Below, in pieces: positions 10,077 through 19,538 of a stretch of 64,000 nt of DNA (positions are counted from its first letter, which is position 1; every line of letters starts with the position of its first letter). Below the pieces are notes generated by a model that worked only from the letters and a program-made list of their open reading frames with translations, had not been told where the DNA came from and made no database searches. Origin of the DNA: Wickerhamiella versatilis (lineage: Eukaryota); the NCBI GenBank assembly GCA_030867685.1, contig JAQOWU010000003.1:1054001-1118000 (forward strand), given 5' to 3'. The translations under genes and the position numbers were made by a program.

Positions 10077-11699
10077 TTAGGCTGGCTGTGCTGTATTTGG
10101 CTGTGCTGTATCTAGTTTCATGGGTGTTTCTAGCGCGCATTCAACCGCTTTGACCAGCGGGGCCATCGCCGTAGCCACTGAATCCCTGAACGAACCCGAA
10201 TCTTGTAATACAGCAGCAATACGGTCCAAAGATTTTCTGAGGCCCTGCCTGAACTGCTTCGTGGGCTGATTTTGGGTCTGAGCTCTCCAGAAATGACGCA
10301 GGAATTCCTGGGTTGTAGCATGACAGCTAGTTACAGCATCTGTTTCAGCTAAGTGCTGATCTCCTGTCTCTTGCTGAACCAATTGATGCTCCAACAGCTC
10401 GTTTAGCGATGACTGAACTTGGGCACAAGCATCGTCCTCGCAGATCTCCTCGAGATTAATTGGAGCATTTCCTTTCAGAAGCTGGTAGCATAGCGTGTCA
10501 TTTTCTGTATGCTTATCATCAGAAACGTGGGTCTGCTGTTGAGAAGATACAGTGCGGACCTTCAAGGAAACAGTATTAGTGTCCTTTGGAGGATTCTCTA
10601 AATCCTCTAATCGTAGCTCTTGCTCCATATTCTCATCAGTGCGGCGTGCGTCCGCTTTTGTCCACTTTCCAACAAGCAATCTTTGACTTAAGCTATTCAT
10701 AGATCTGATGAGTCCAACCGCTGATCCACCATCGCCGATGTCATCCAGCCGCATTGTGAAGTCAGGCAGATTACCCAGAGTCTCTGGATTATCTTCCGCA
10801 TTACCCTCAGTATCCAAAAATAAAGGTACATGCTCATTCGAGGGATTCAGCTTCCTTCTCTTCCGCTGTTCATCAAGCAGGGTAATGTAACGATCAAGCA
10901 CACTATCTGGCTGAACGCTATTAACCTTTTCACCTTTGAGAGTCCGGAACAGCTTGGATTGAAAGAAACGTTGCCAAAAGAGACCTTCAGGCATTGGGGA
11001 TGGTACATTATCGTTGTAAGCCTTTCTAACAATAGGATATTGATCGAATATATCAGTGATTTTTTCGCGAGTTAGTGAAATATTGACCTGATTGTCACTA
11101 CCAGTAACAGGCTTGATTGTGCTCAAAACATTATAAGATCCTCGTACTTGTGCTCTTTCTTGTGCAGAGGTTATTAGGAGATCCATTCTTAGCTCCCAAA
11201 ATTGTTCATTCGTTAGAGCTCCTTTAATCACAGTTTCTTGGAAAGTCGCCATGAGCCCAGGGATTGCCTTCAATATCTGTCTTTGCAATTCCAGATTATG
11301 CAAGAGTTTTTTTGGATTTAAGTCTACCGTCGCTCGTTTTCGAGCGGCAGCTGGCTGTGGTTGGTTTTGTTTTTGTTGTTGAGCTGGTGCTGGCTTGGGG
11401 GTTTCAGGTTCAGCAGCGGCGGGTGAATGTGTTCGCTCTCTCGCAGACTTTATGGACAACTGTATGGAATTACGCGCGGTCTCGAGATGTGAAAGCTCAG
11501 AAAACTCAAGCATGAGCACGGTCGAGCCACTACTCAGCTTTATTCGTGGTTTCGCTGAGGTGGGTGGGGTCGCCTGCATACCAGTCACATCGACAAGTTT
11601 TATTGATTGCGTCTCTCCAGTATCAGCCACCCACTGAGCAACCTCATCGCTTAGGATTAAACGCCCTGGACGCTTCTTCACAGCGGCAGGAACCTGCAT
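10077..11699 (-). CDS. TFB1: TFIIH subunit p62 (PH + BSD domains)
   Basis: MQATP (PH domain) and BSD motifs 'EQFWELR', 'YNVLSTIKP', 'IFDQYPIVRKAY', 'FWQRFFQS'. Probable start ATG 11699; upstream in-frame ATG at 11777. Confidence 0.88.
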   Translation of the reverse strand: MQVPAAVKKRPGRLILSDEVAQWVADTGETQSIKLVDVTGMQATPPTSAKPRIKLSSGSTVLMLEFSELSHLETARNSIQLSIKSARERTHSPAAAEPETPKPAPAQQQKQNQPQPAAARKRATVDLNPKKLLHNLELQRQILKAIPGLMATFQETVIKGALTNEQFWELRMDLLITSAQERAQVRGSYNVLSTIKPVTGSDNQVNISLTREKITDIFDQYPIVRKAYNDNVPSPMPEGLFWQRFFQSKLFRTLKGEKVNSVQPDSVLDRYITLLDEQRKRRKLNPSNEHVPLFLDTEGNAEDNPETLGNLPDFTMRLDDIGDGGSAVGLIRSMNSLSQRLLVGKWTKADARRTDENMEQELRLEDLENPPKDTNTVSLKVRTVSSQQQTHVSDDKHTENDTLCYQLLKGNAPINLEEICEDDACAQVQSSLNELLEHQLVQQETGDQHLAETDAVTSCHATTQEFLRHFWRAQTQNQPTKQFRQGLRKSLDRIAAVLQDSGSFRDSVATAMAPLVKAVECALETPMKLDTAQPNTAQPA

Positions 11700-11720
11700 G
11701 TGCGCACGTAAGCGAGCGAA

Positions 11721-11756
11721 GTAGGTGTAGGTGTTGGTGTTGGTGTAGGTGTAGGT
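11721..11756. repeat. (GTWGGT)6 hexamer microsatellite just upstream of TFB1
   Basis: gtaggt gtaggt gttggt gttggt gtaggt gtaggt. Confidence 0.85.
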
Positions 11757-12192
11757 ATCCCCCCTGTTTCTGACCATATATAGGGACAGAAATGTGGGAT
11801 TATCATGAGATGGTTAGAATGATAATAACTTGAGTGGATACGGCAGCCTTGCATTTTGGCCAAGAGAATCTATGAGTTGACAGGAATTGCCAGCAAACAA
11901 ATTATTTTTTGGGGGAAAGTTGCCGTTTTTTTGCCAATGGAACATTTCAATTTGCGTTGGACTTCGAGGTAACGCCACACCCGTGAAAAGTCTGATATAT
12001 GTATCGTGGAAAAACATGGCATCCTTGTCCCTATTTATCAATATAAGCATTGAGACTATTCACGGTAGGTGCTACTTTTAGGTGAGATCGCAATTTATTC
12101 CTTGTACTACGTCAGTGTACCCATAAATCGTTGCTCCTGCATAAATGACACATTCTCGCATATACTTAACTAATCGGGATGAATTTACGAGC

Positions 12193-12200
12193 TATATAAA
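12193..12200 (+). promoter_or_regulatory. TATA box of THI4
   Basis: TATATAAA 48 nt upstream of the THI4 ATG. Confidence 0.6.
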
Positions 12201-12239
12201 GGGCCCGTTACCCACATTGCTTATTTCACAGAACATTAA

Positions 12240-13190
<951 letters not shown>

Positions 13191-13309
13191 CCATAACAAC
13201 ACTTCACGCAATACCTTCGTTTTAAGGAAGCGCACTCAGCCCTTAGGGCTTAGCAGCATGAAGGTAAGTATATATGAAAAACTAACAGAAACAGAGAAAA
13301 GGAAATCTT

Positions 13310-13386
13310 CCACAGCGGGTGCCCCTTCAGGGCTGAGATTATACCGTTTGCACTCGATCAAATTCGTATTTGCGAGAGGATTGTGG
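13310..13386 (+). ncRNA. TPP riboswitch aptamer 1 (THI4 3' region)
   Basis: P1 CCACA/TGTGG; P2 GCGG/CCGT; GGTGC; P3 GCCC/GGGC; CTGAGA; ATAC; P4 CTC/GAG; GATC; P5 CAAAT/ATTTG; GCG...GGA. All core TPP aptamer elements are present in the correct order. Confidence 0.88.
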
Positions 13387-13412
13387 GTGATCTAGATTAG
13401 TTTTCATTTTAT

Positions 13413-13494
13413 GGTCACGGCGGGTGCCTTGTAACGAGGCTGAGAGTATACCGTTTGCACTCGATCAAGTTCATGCTTGCGTGAGGACGCGACC
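13413..13494 (+). ncRNA. TPP riboswitch aptamer 2 (tandem copy)
   Basis: P1 GGTCACG/CGCGACC (6 of 7 pairs); GCGGGTGC; P3 GCCTTG/CGAGGC; CTGAGA; ATACCGT; P4 CTC/GAG; GATC; P5 CAAG-TTCAT-GCTTG; GCGTGAGGA. Confidence 0.9.
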
Positions 13495-13908
13495 CAATTA
13501 GAATTAGTTACTATCTTTAAAATACCTGTTCAGGGTTATGTGCAGGCGACGGTCTCCTGTGTCCTTAGAGAGGGTCTTTGTATTGCCCAAATATACACAA
13601 GGACAATGATCTGGGATTTGATTTGCACTACGCAAAGGAAACGAAGGTCGATTATTGGGTACAGGGAGTCGAAGTCGAGCGGTCTTAGAATTATTACTTG
13701 TTTATTGAAAGACACCCATATATTCCAGTACAATCAATAAATTTGCATCTTTGAGCAAATAAATTTTACCTGCCCAGAAATAGAAAGGTGGAAACTGCTT
13801 AATCCGTATGAAAATAGGGCCACCGAGCTTAGTACATAATACGACAATGACGTATGTGTGTCTGCAAGTTTAGTTAGCTATCTCGCTTAGTTAATCTGCG
13901 CATTGCAC

Positions 13909-14266
13909 ATGTCTGTCTCAAGTGCGGACTTGATGCCAACCAATATACCTGGTTCTGTCTTAGCAGCACTTCAGAAAGATTACTACATTTCTCCCTGCGG
14001 TAATCGTGTTGATGCGTTGCCTAAAGGTGCAAGTGCTTATTGTTGTGAAGACGGATCGTCTCGTATGCTAGAGCCAATTAATGAAAACGAACATGTAAAG
14101 TGTAGCAATGGTGAAGGTGGAAAAAAACTTTCTTGACGTTGGAGATATTTTGTGCTCTACAGAGGTTGAATTCAGTGAGGATGGCGTGAAAACATCATTT
14201 AAGGCTGAGAGGCTCATCGATGAAGCTCCACCATTACTTTCGGAGGTAGCACGGAAATTCTTATAA
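13909..14266 (+). pseudogene. Frameshifted paralogue of the adjacent Cys-rich orphan gene
   Basis: Aligns with 14520-14909 over its length. One extra A in the A7 run (14121-14127) causes TGA at 14134-14136, while the homologous frame continues (DVGDILCSTEVEFSEDG...PPLLSEVARKFL) to TAA 14264-14266. Confidence 0.7.
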
Positions 14267-14519
14267 TTCTTAACATCAGATACGTGTGGCTGAGGGTCAA
14301 ATTATGATTGCATAGAGATCAAATGACTTACGTGTTTAACATATTGACTCTCATAATGTGTACTAGGCGATAATTGTAATTTTTAGTGTTTAATATCAAT
14401 GCGTCGTTACATTACAAGTAGTTATGAGGCTGATAATTCAAGTCTAACACAGAATACACCAATGACGTATGTACCTGTAAGGTTAGTCAATTATCTTGCT
14501 TACTTAGTGCAGTTAGCAC

Positions 14520-14909
14520 ATGTCTATCTCAAGCATAATCGCAAATTCAACCAATACGCCTACTACCAGTTTAGCAACTTCGAGTGGCCCAGCTATAATA
14601 GAGTTTCATCCAGCTCCGTCTGGTTACTACAATACTGGTTGTGGAGATCACGCTTATGCGGTGCCTCATGGTGTGGTTACTTACTGTTGTGAAAATGGAG
14701 TATCCCATATACTATCGCCATTTGGTGCGAATGAACATCCGAAGTGTAGTAATGGTGAAGGTGGCAAGAACTTTCTTAGCGTTGGTGATGTGCTATGTAC
14801 AACTGAAGTTGAATTTAATGAGGATGGCTTGAAAACATCATTTAAGGCTTATAGGCTCATCGATGAGACCCCACCATTACTATCTGATGTGGTAAAGGGA
14901 CTGATATGA
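14520..14909 (+). CDS. Small Cys-containing orphan protein (129 aa), tandem-duplicated
   Basis: Codon-wise conservation with the upstream copy (YCCE.G.S..L.P...NEH.KCSNGEGGK) supports coding status. Confidence 0.7.
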   Translation: MSISSIIANSTNTPTTSLATSSGPAIIEFHPAPSGYYNTGCGDHAYAVPHGVVTYCCENGVSHILSPFGANEHPKCSNGEGGKNFLSVGDVLCTTEVEFNEDGLKTSFKAYRLIDETPPLLSDVVKGLI

Positions 14910-15448
14910 TGTAGATTTGTATCACCGCAAAAAAGAATAATGATTGCAGAGAGTTCAGCTAATTTATGCCAGAAATATATGGACTCTCTTGATGTACTTT
15001 GATTCTATATAGCCAATATTACTGTATATTAATGTTACAAGGCCCTGCCAAGTTTTCAATTCAGATAAAGGTCTTTGCATTGCATTGTCCAACCCTTACA
15101 AACTTTAAATGACCAGGATGCATAGCATGTAGAATACAAATCTTGGTTCTGATGGAAAAATTGGAAGCTAATTCGATAACTTGTATTACCGGAGCCCTCT
15201 CTGGGTGAAAACTGGCTACTCAAGGTACCCGGTTCAACTCAAGTTAGCAGTTCTTTCATTCCCAGCTTGATGCACAAACTAGGCGTTTAGATACGGTCTA
15301 CATCAGATCTTTTCTATAGCACTTTCCTGATTCGGTTTATCGTGTTTAAGCGATGTGAATATGGCAATATCCCGAATGTGGAAAGAATAAGAATGGTGTG
15401 GGACAAAAGAACCAGCCCTAGAGTGGTCTATAGACGTAGTTTACACAA

Positions 15449-15868
15449 ATGATAGATGCACTAGTGCACCTTCTTGAAGTTACGTCTTCTACCAAGGACC
15501 CGCAGATGGTCAACTGGTTTGAGACAGTGCACTGTGGAGTATGCGGCCGCTTCACTCTACGTCCGTATTTTTTTGGTTGTTGCGATCCTGGTAACAGCTC
15601 ACCACATACATTTTGTGGTGAGTGTCTGCAAGTGCATCTCACGTCACAGGGACCTCAGTGCCCAAGTTGCCATACAAAAATTATATTACAGCCAGAATCT
15701 CTGACTTTTCGAGGATGGGCCGGTGCGATTCTCGGCCTACTCTACGTAAAAATGCCATCTGAAGCTGAAAAGATTGAAGGGGAAGCTACTGACCGGGAAA
15801 AATCTGATAATGACAATCTATTCAGCGACTTCTTTTCCACTGTGGGCCGTGCCTGTGTTATTCATTGA
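15449..15868 (+). CDS. Small RING-finger-like protein
   Basis: CGVC...CC...HTFCGEC...CPSC spacing fits a RING-HC domain. Confidence 0.6.
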   Translation: MIDALVHLLEVTSSTKDPQMVNWFETVHCGVCGRFTLRPYFFGCCDPGNSSPHTFCGECLQVHLTSQGPQCPSCHTKIILQPESLTFRGWAGAILGLLYVKMPSEAEKIEGEATDREKSDNDNLFSDFFSTVGRACVIH

Positions 15869-16064
15869 TTCGAGCGAGACTTGCTAGGTAGGGTGGTTTC
15901 ACTTAAGAGTATAAGATAGTAACTTCAGAAACTAATATAAAAAGTTATTAAACTTCGATTCAACTCAGATAAAACTTACAATATCTTGTCGTAACGCTGA
16001 TAGAATTACTCTGATATTTTTGCTTAAATCACGAGAATTCACTATTACATAAACAACAAAAAAG

Positions 16065-17687
16065 ATGAGTATCGTGATCGGACTCAGTTTTGGAAATACG
16101 TCTTCCTCGATCGCGTATCTCAAAGAGGGAAAAGTCGAGGTAATTGCAAATCAGGATGGTGACCGTGCTATCCCGTCCATGCTAAGTTATGCCCAGGGTG
16201 ATGAGTACCATGGCCTACAGGCTAAACTACAGCTGGTCCGCAACTCCAAGAACACAATCGGGAACTTCAGGGACTTTTTGGAAAAACCATTTTCATCGGT
16301 CGAGACTAAATTTTTCGGTTCAAAGCCTTTGAATGCTGGAGGTGATACTCCCGGCTTCGAGGTAACTCAAGGCGAGGATAAGGTTGTTTTGAACGTTGAT
16401 GAAGTGGTTAAGCGTCACTTTGCAAAGCTCTACGAGGCTGCTAGAGAATACATAGGACGTGATATTGATGGTGTTGTCTTGGCAGTGCCCTCGGATTTTT
16501 CTCAAGGACAGCGGGCCAAGCTCGTAGAACTCGCCAAGGCCGAGAAGCTTCCTGTACTACAAGTTATCCATGAGGCATCAGCGGCGCTTTTAGCACATGT
16601 TTCGCGCCCAGATTTGCCACGCGAAGAGGATAGATTGTTCGTGGTAGCAGACTTTGGCGGATCCCGCTCCGATGCCGCAGTAATTAGCTACAACGGTGGT
16701 ATATTCACCACATTAGCCACAGCCCATGATGTTACTTTGGGTGGTGATCAGATTGATAATGCTTTGGTCAACTTTTTGGCATCGGAATTCCAGAAGCAGT
16801 TTGGTTCGGATCCATTGACTGATGAACGGGCCCAGGCCAAATTGCTTCAGGAGGCTGAGCAGCTCAAGAAGACTTTGTCTAATTCCACCACCACTACTTA
16901 CGGTATTGAGAGCTTGTTCCAGGGTCTGGATTTCAGTGGTTCTTTGAACCGGCTCCGGTTTGAATTGACGACTCGCACATTGTGGTCTCGGTTTGCCGAG
17001 TTCGTTGTCAATCTTATAGGCAAGGCAGGCGTTTCTCCTCTCGAGGTAGACGATGTGCTTCTTGTTGGTGGTACCTCTCACATCCCTAAGGTAGCTTCAA
17101 TCATCTCTTCTGTGTTTGAGGGTTCCAAGGCTCAAATTCATTCACCAAGCACTGATCCTAAGGCTATCCCTCCGGAGGAATTGATAGCTCGTGGTGCCGC
17201 TATCCAAGGGTCTCTAATTAGTGGTTACGACAAAGAGGAGATCGATGAGAGCTTAGAGGCTCCTGTGGTCAATGGACCTCATCTATCGCAGGCTATTGGT
17301 ATTGAGCAAGCAGATGGCTCGGTTGTACCAATTATCGCATCTAATACTCTACTCCCTATCCGAAAGGTTGTCAAGCTTTCAGCATCGGGCTCTGGGCTCA
17401 TCCGCATTATTGAAGTGGCCAAAGAAATCAAAACTGAGGTTCACAAGCCCGAACCGAAGGAAAAATCTGAGGATAAAGATGATGAAGATGAGTCTGACTG
17501 GAGCGAGGATGAGGACGAGGAGTACGAAACCAAGAAACTCGTCCTACTGCCCGGCCGCACTCTTCTGGAGCTTGGCCTGAAGCAGGTTACCGATGATATT
17601 CAACTTGTTGTGACTGTCACCGCAGGCAGAAAACTGCAGGCAATCGCTAAGTCGGGCGCAGAGACAGTGCAAGGTACGTCAGCTTAA
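16065..17687 (+). CDS. SSZ1: Ribosome-associated atypical Hsp70
   Basis: 'VIGLSFGNTSSSIAY', 'VIANQDGDRAIPS', 'VADFGGSRSD', and a truncated substrate-binding domain with an acidic insert. Confidence 0.93.
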   Translation: MSIVIGLSFGNTSSSIAYLKEGKVEVIANQDGDRAIPSMLSYAQGDEYHGLQAKLQLVRNSKNTIGNFRDFLEKPFSSVETKFFGSKPLNAGGDTPGFEVTQGEDKVVLNVDEVVKRHFAKLYEAAREYIGRDIDGVVLAVPSDFSQGQRAKLVELAKAEKLPVLQVIHEASAALLAHVSRPDLPREEDRLFVVADFGGSRSDAAVISYNGGIFTTLATAHDVTLGGDQIDNALVNFLASEFQKQFGSDPLTDERAQAKLLQEAEQLKKTLSNSTTTTYGIESLFQGLDFSGSLNRLRFELTTRTLWSRFAEFVVNLIGKAGVSPLEVDDVLLVGGTSHIPKVASIISSVFEGSKAQIHSPSTDPKAIPPEELIARGAAIQGSLISGYDKEEIDESLEAPVVNGPHLSQAIGIEQADGSVVPIIASNTLLPIRKVVKLSASGSGLIRIIEVAKEIKTEVHKPEPKEKSEDKDDEDESDWSEDEDEEYETKKLVLLPGRTLLELGLKQVTDDIQLVVTVTAGRKLQAIAKSGAETVQGTSA

Positions 17688-17748
17688 CTTAAAATGGACC
17701 TAGACTAGTCAAAGGACTATATTACATAAGACACTAGCAGTTGACTGT

Positions 17749-18648
17749 ATGGCCTACGCATGGTCAGATACCATGTACGCCTCGCCTGCTGCGGCAGTGT
17801 ATCCGCCAGTCGTGCCGGAAGCGGCTGATATGCCACTGTGTGAGGTGTGGAAATGGAATCTTAGCGCTCAGATGCTGATCCTGCGGCAGCTCGTTCCGCA
17901 GTACGGATACATTACAGTTGACGTTAAGTTCCCAGGAATTCTTGCTCGACCCATAGGAACATTTCACAGTACAACAGAGTTCCACTACCAGACCTTACGT
18001 GCCAATATTGACTTGATTGAGCCCGTCCAAATTGGCCTCACCATAACTGATGCACAAGGAAATATACCACCTGGAACACCTGGAACTTGGCAGTTTAATA
18101 TGAAATTCGACCCTAATGATCAGATGTGTTCTCAAGATGGCCTTGAAATATTGAGACGAAGTGGACTGGATCTAGAGAAACATCGTTCAGATGGTATTGA
18201 GCCTTTTGAGCTAGCAGAGGTTCTAACCTCGTCTGGATTACTTTTAAGTGATGAGGTTACGTGGATAACCTTCCATGCTGGCTATGACTTGGGCCTAGTA
18301 CTTGCTATGCTTCGACAGAAGGCGGTGCCTGCAGAACGTAGTGACTTTCTCAAGCTGCTTGAAGTATATTTCCCTATAGTATGGGATGTGAAGACGTTGG
18401 TCAAAGCTTTTAATTTAAGTGCAAAGAACTTCTTGCATGAGGTTGCAGAAGATTTCCAGTTAATTCGCGGCACAGCATTTCTACCTGCGGGCGCAGACTC
18501 GAGATTAGCAGCATTGTGTTTTTACGAAATCCTTAGGAGTTATGGTGAGAACTTGAGACCTGCTCGTAACTGTCTATTTGGTCTTGGAGAGGAGCCAACC
18601 GCGTTCCTGAATCCTCCAGTCGCCCCGCGTATGTATTACCCACAATAG
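17749..18648 (+). CDS. POP2: CCR4-NOT deadenylase subunit Caf1
   Basis: 'FPGILARPIGTF', 'YQTLRANIDL', 'TWQFN', 'WITFHAGYDLG'. Confidence 0.9.
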   Translation: MAYAWSDTMYASPAAAVYPPVVPEAADMPLCEVWKWNLSAQMLILRQLVPQYGYITVDVKFPGILARPIGTFHSTTEFHYQTLRANIDLIEPVQIGLTITDAQGNIPPGTPGTWQFNMKFDPNDQMCSQDGLEILRRSGLDLEKHRSDGIEPFELAEVLTSSGLLLSDEVTWITFHAGYDLGLVLAMLRQKAVPAERSDFLKLLEVYFPIVWDVKTLVKAFNLSAKNFLHEVAEDFQLIRGTAFLPAGADSRLAALCFYEILRSYGENLRPARNCLFGLGEEPTAFLNPPVAPRMYYPQ

Positions 18649-19003
18649 GTTTTATCCACAATTTGACTTAAACTAGGCGCTGGCGAAGACAAGGATAGAT
18701 ATCATTCCAGTCATTCTTGAAACGGTATCCGTAATACCGACAGTATCATGGAATGATGGTCGCCGATAACGAGCTTTATGTAGAATGTGACTGTTGAATG
18801 AATAGCGAATAAAACAAGGTTGCTTCTTATGCATATCTACCAAAACGCTCTAGCTATTACTATACGGACTACTACTCAAGTGAGTTAACATCTAGATATG
18901 TCCCCAGCCGATCAATCATCAACTGAAACATGAACCAGTTAATGTAAACAATTATATTTCCTCTATTCGAGATCTTCACAACAATCCAATCACACCGGGA
19001 AGA

Positions 19004-19273
19004 ATGAACGCTGCCTCGTCATACGAAGCGAATTTGTTTTCTTATGAGATAACTAATGAAGCTAATAGTTTCTTCGTTGATCAAAGCGAGCTTTCAATGA
19101 GCTCACTATTCGATGGGCTAAACCCATCACAAAAAATGGAAACTAGCAGAGATCAAAGCCTCACTAAGAGATTGGGGAAAAAATTGTTTTCGTTTAAACT
19201 GTCACTAGACCTGAGAAAGCGTCAGAAGCGTGAGTTTGACATCATCACACCTCAAACTGACCTCTACCTCTGA
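19004..19273 (+). CDS. Hypothetical small protein (89 aa)
   Basis: ATG-initiated ORF in an otherwise empty gap of about 900 bp; no recognisable motif. Confidence 0.35.
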   Translation: MNAASSYEANLFSYEITNEANSFFVDQSELSMSSLFDGLNPSQKMETSRDQSLTKRLGKKLFSFKLSLDLRKRQKREFDIITPQTDLYL

Positions 19274-19538
19274 GACTACGAATTCAACTACTGTTTAGAG
19301 TAATTGAAGAATTTTAAATAGTAATATGCTTTTTTATTTGGACTGCAGGAAACTTTGATAGATTACTGGCTATCTCAGCTCGAAACATCTCAATTGTACT
19401 AAGCTAAGCACAATGCACAGGCGTAAATTGCGGCATAAGCACCTAAAATCTCTAGCAATATAGACTTGTAAGTGATATTTTTCACTTTTCTTCCCTGCCA
19501 TAAATTAAACATCAAGTACCTCTTTCGCACATAACGTA

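Noticed and set aside
13258-13740. ATG AAG|GTAAGT read as exon 1 of a separate riboswitch-controlled gene spliced to the 13534-13740 frame
   Set aside because: The join would be in frame, but the product resembles nothing, there is no canonical branch site before CAG 13533, and the ATG is only 67 nt after the THI4 stop. A THI4 3'-UTR role is more parsimonious, though this reading is not fully excluded.
14461-14520. ATGAC|GTATGT as a first exon and intron for the duplicated orphan genes
   Set aside because: The AG acceptors just upstream of the ATG give out-of-frame or stop-containing joins; treated as a CRE-like promoter motif instead.
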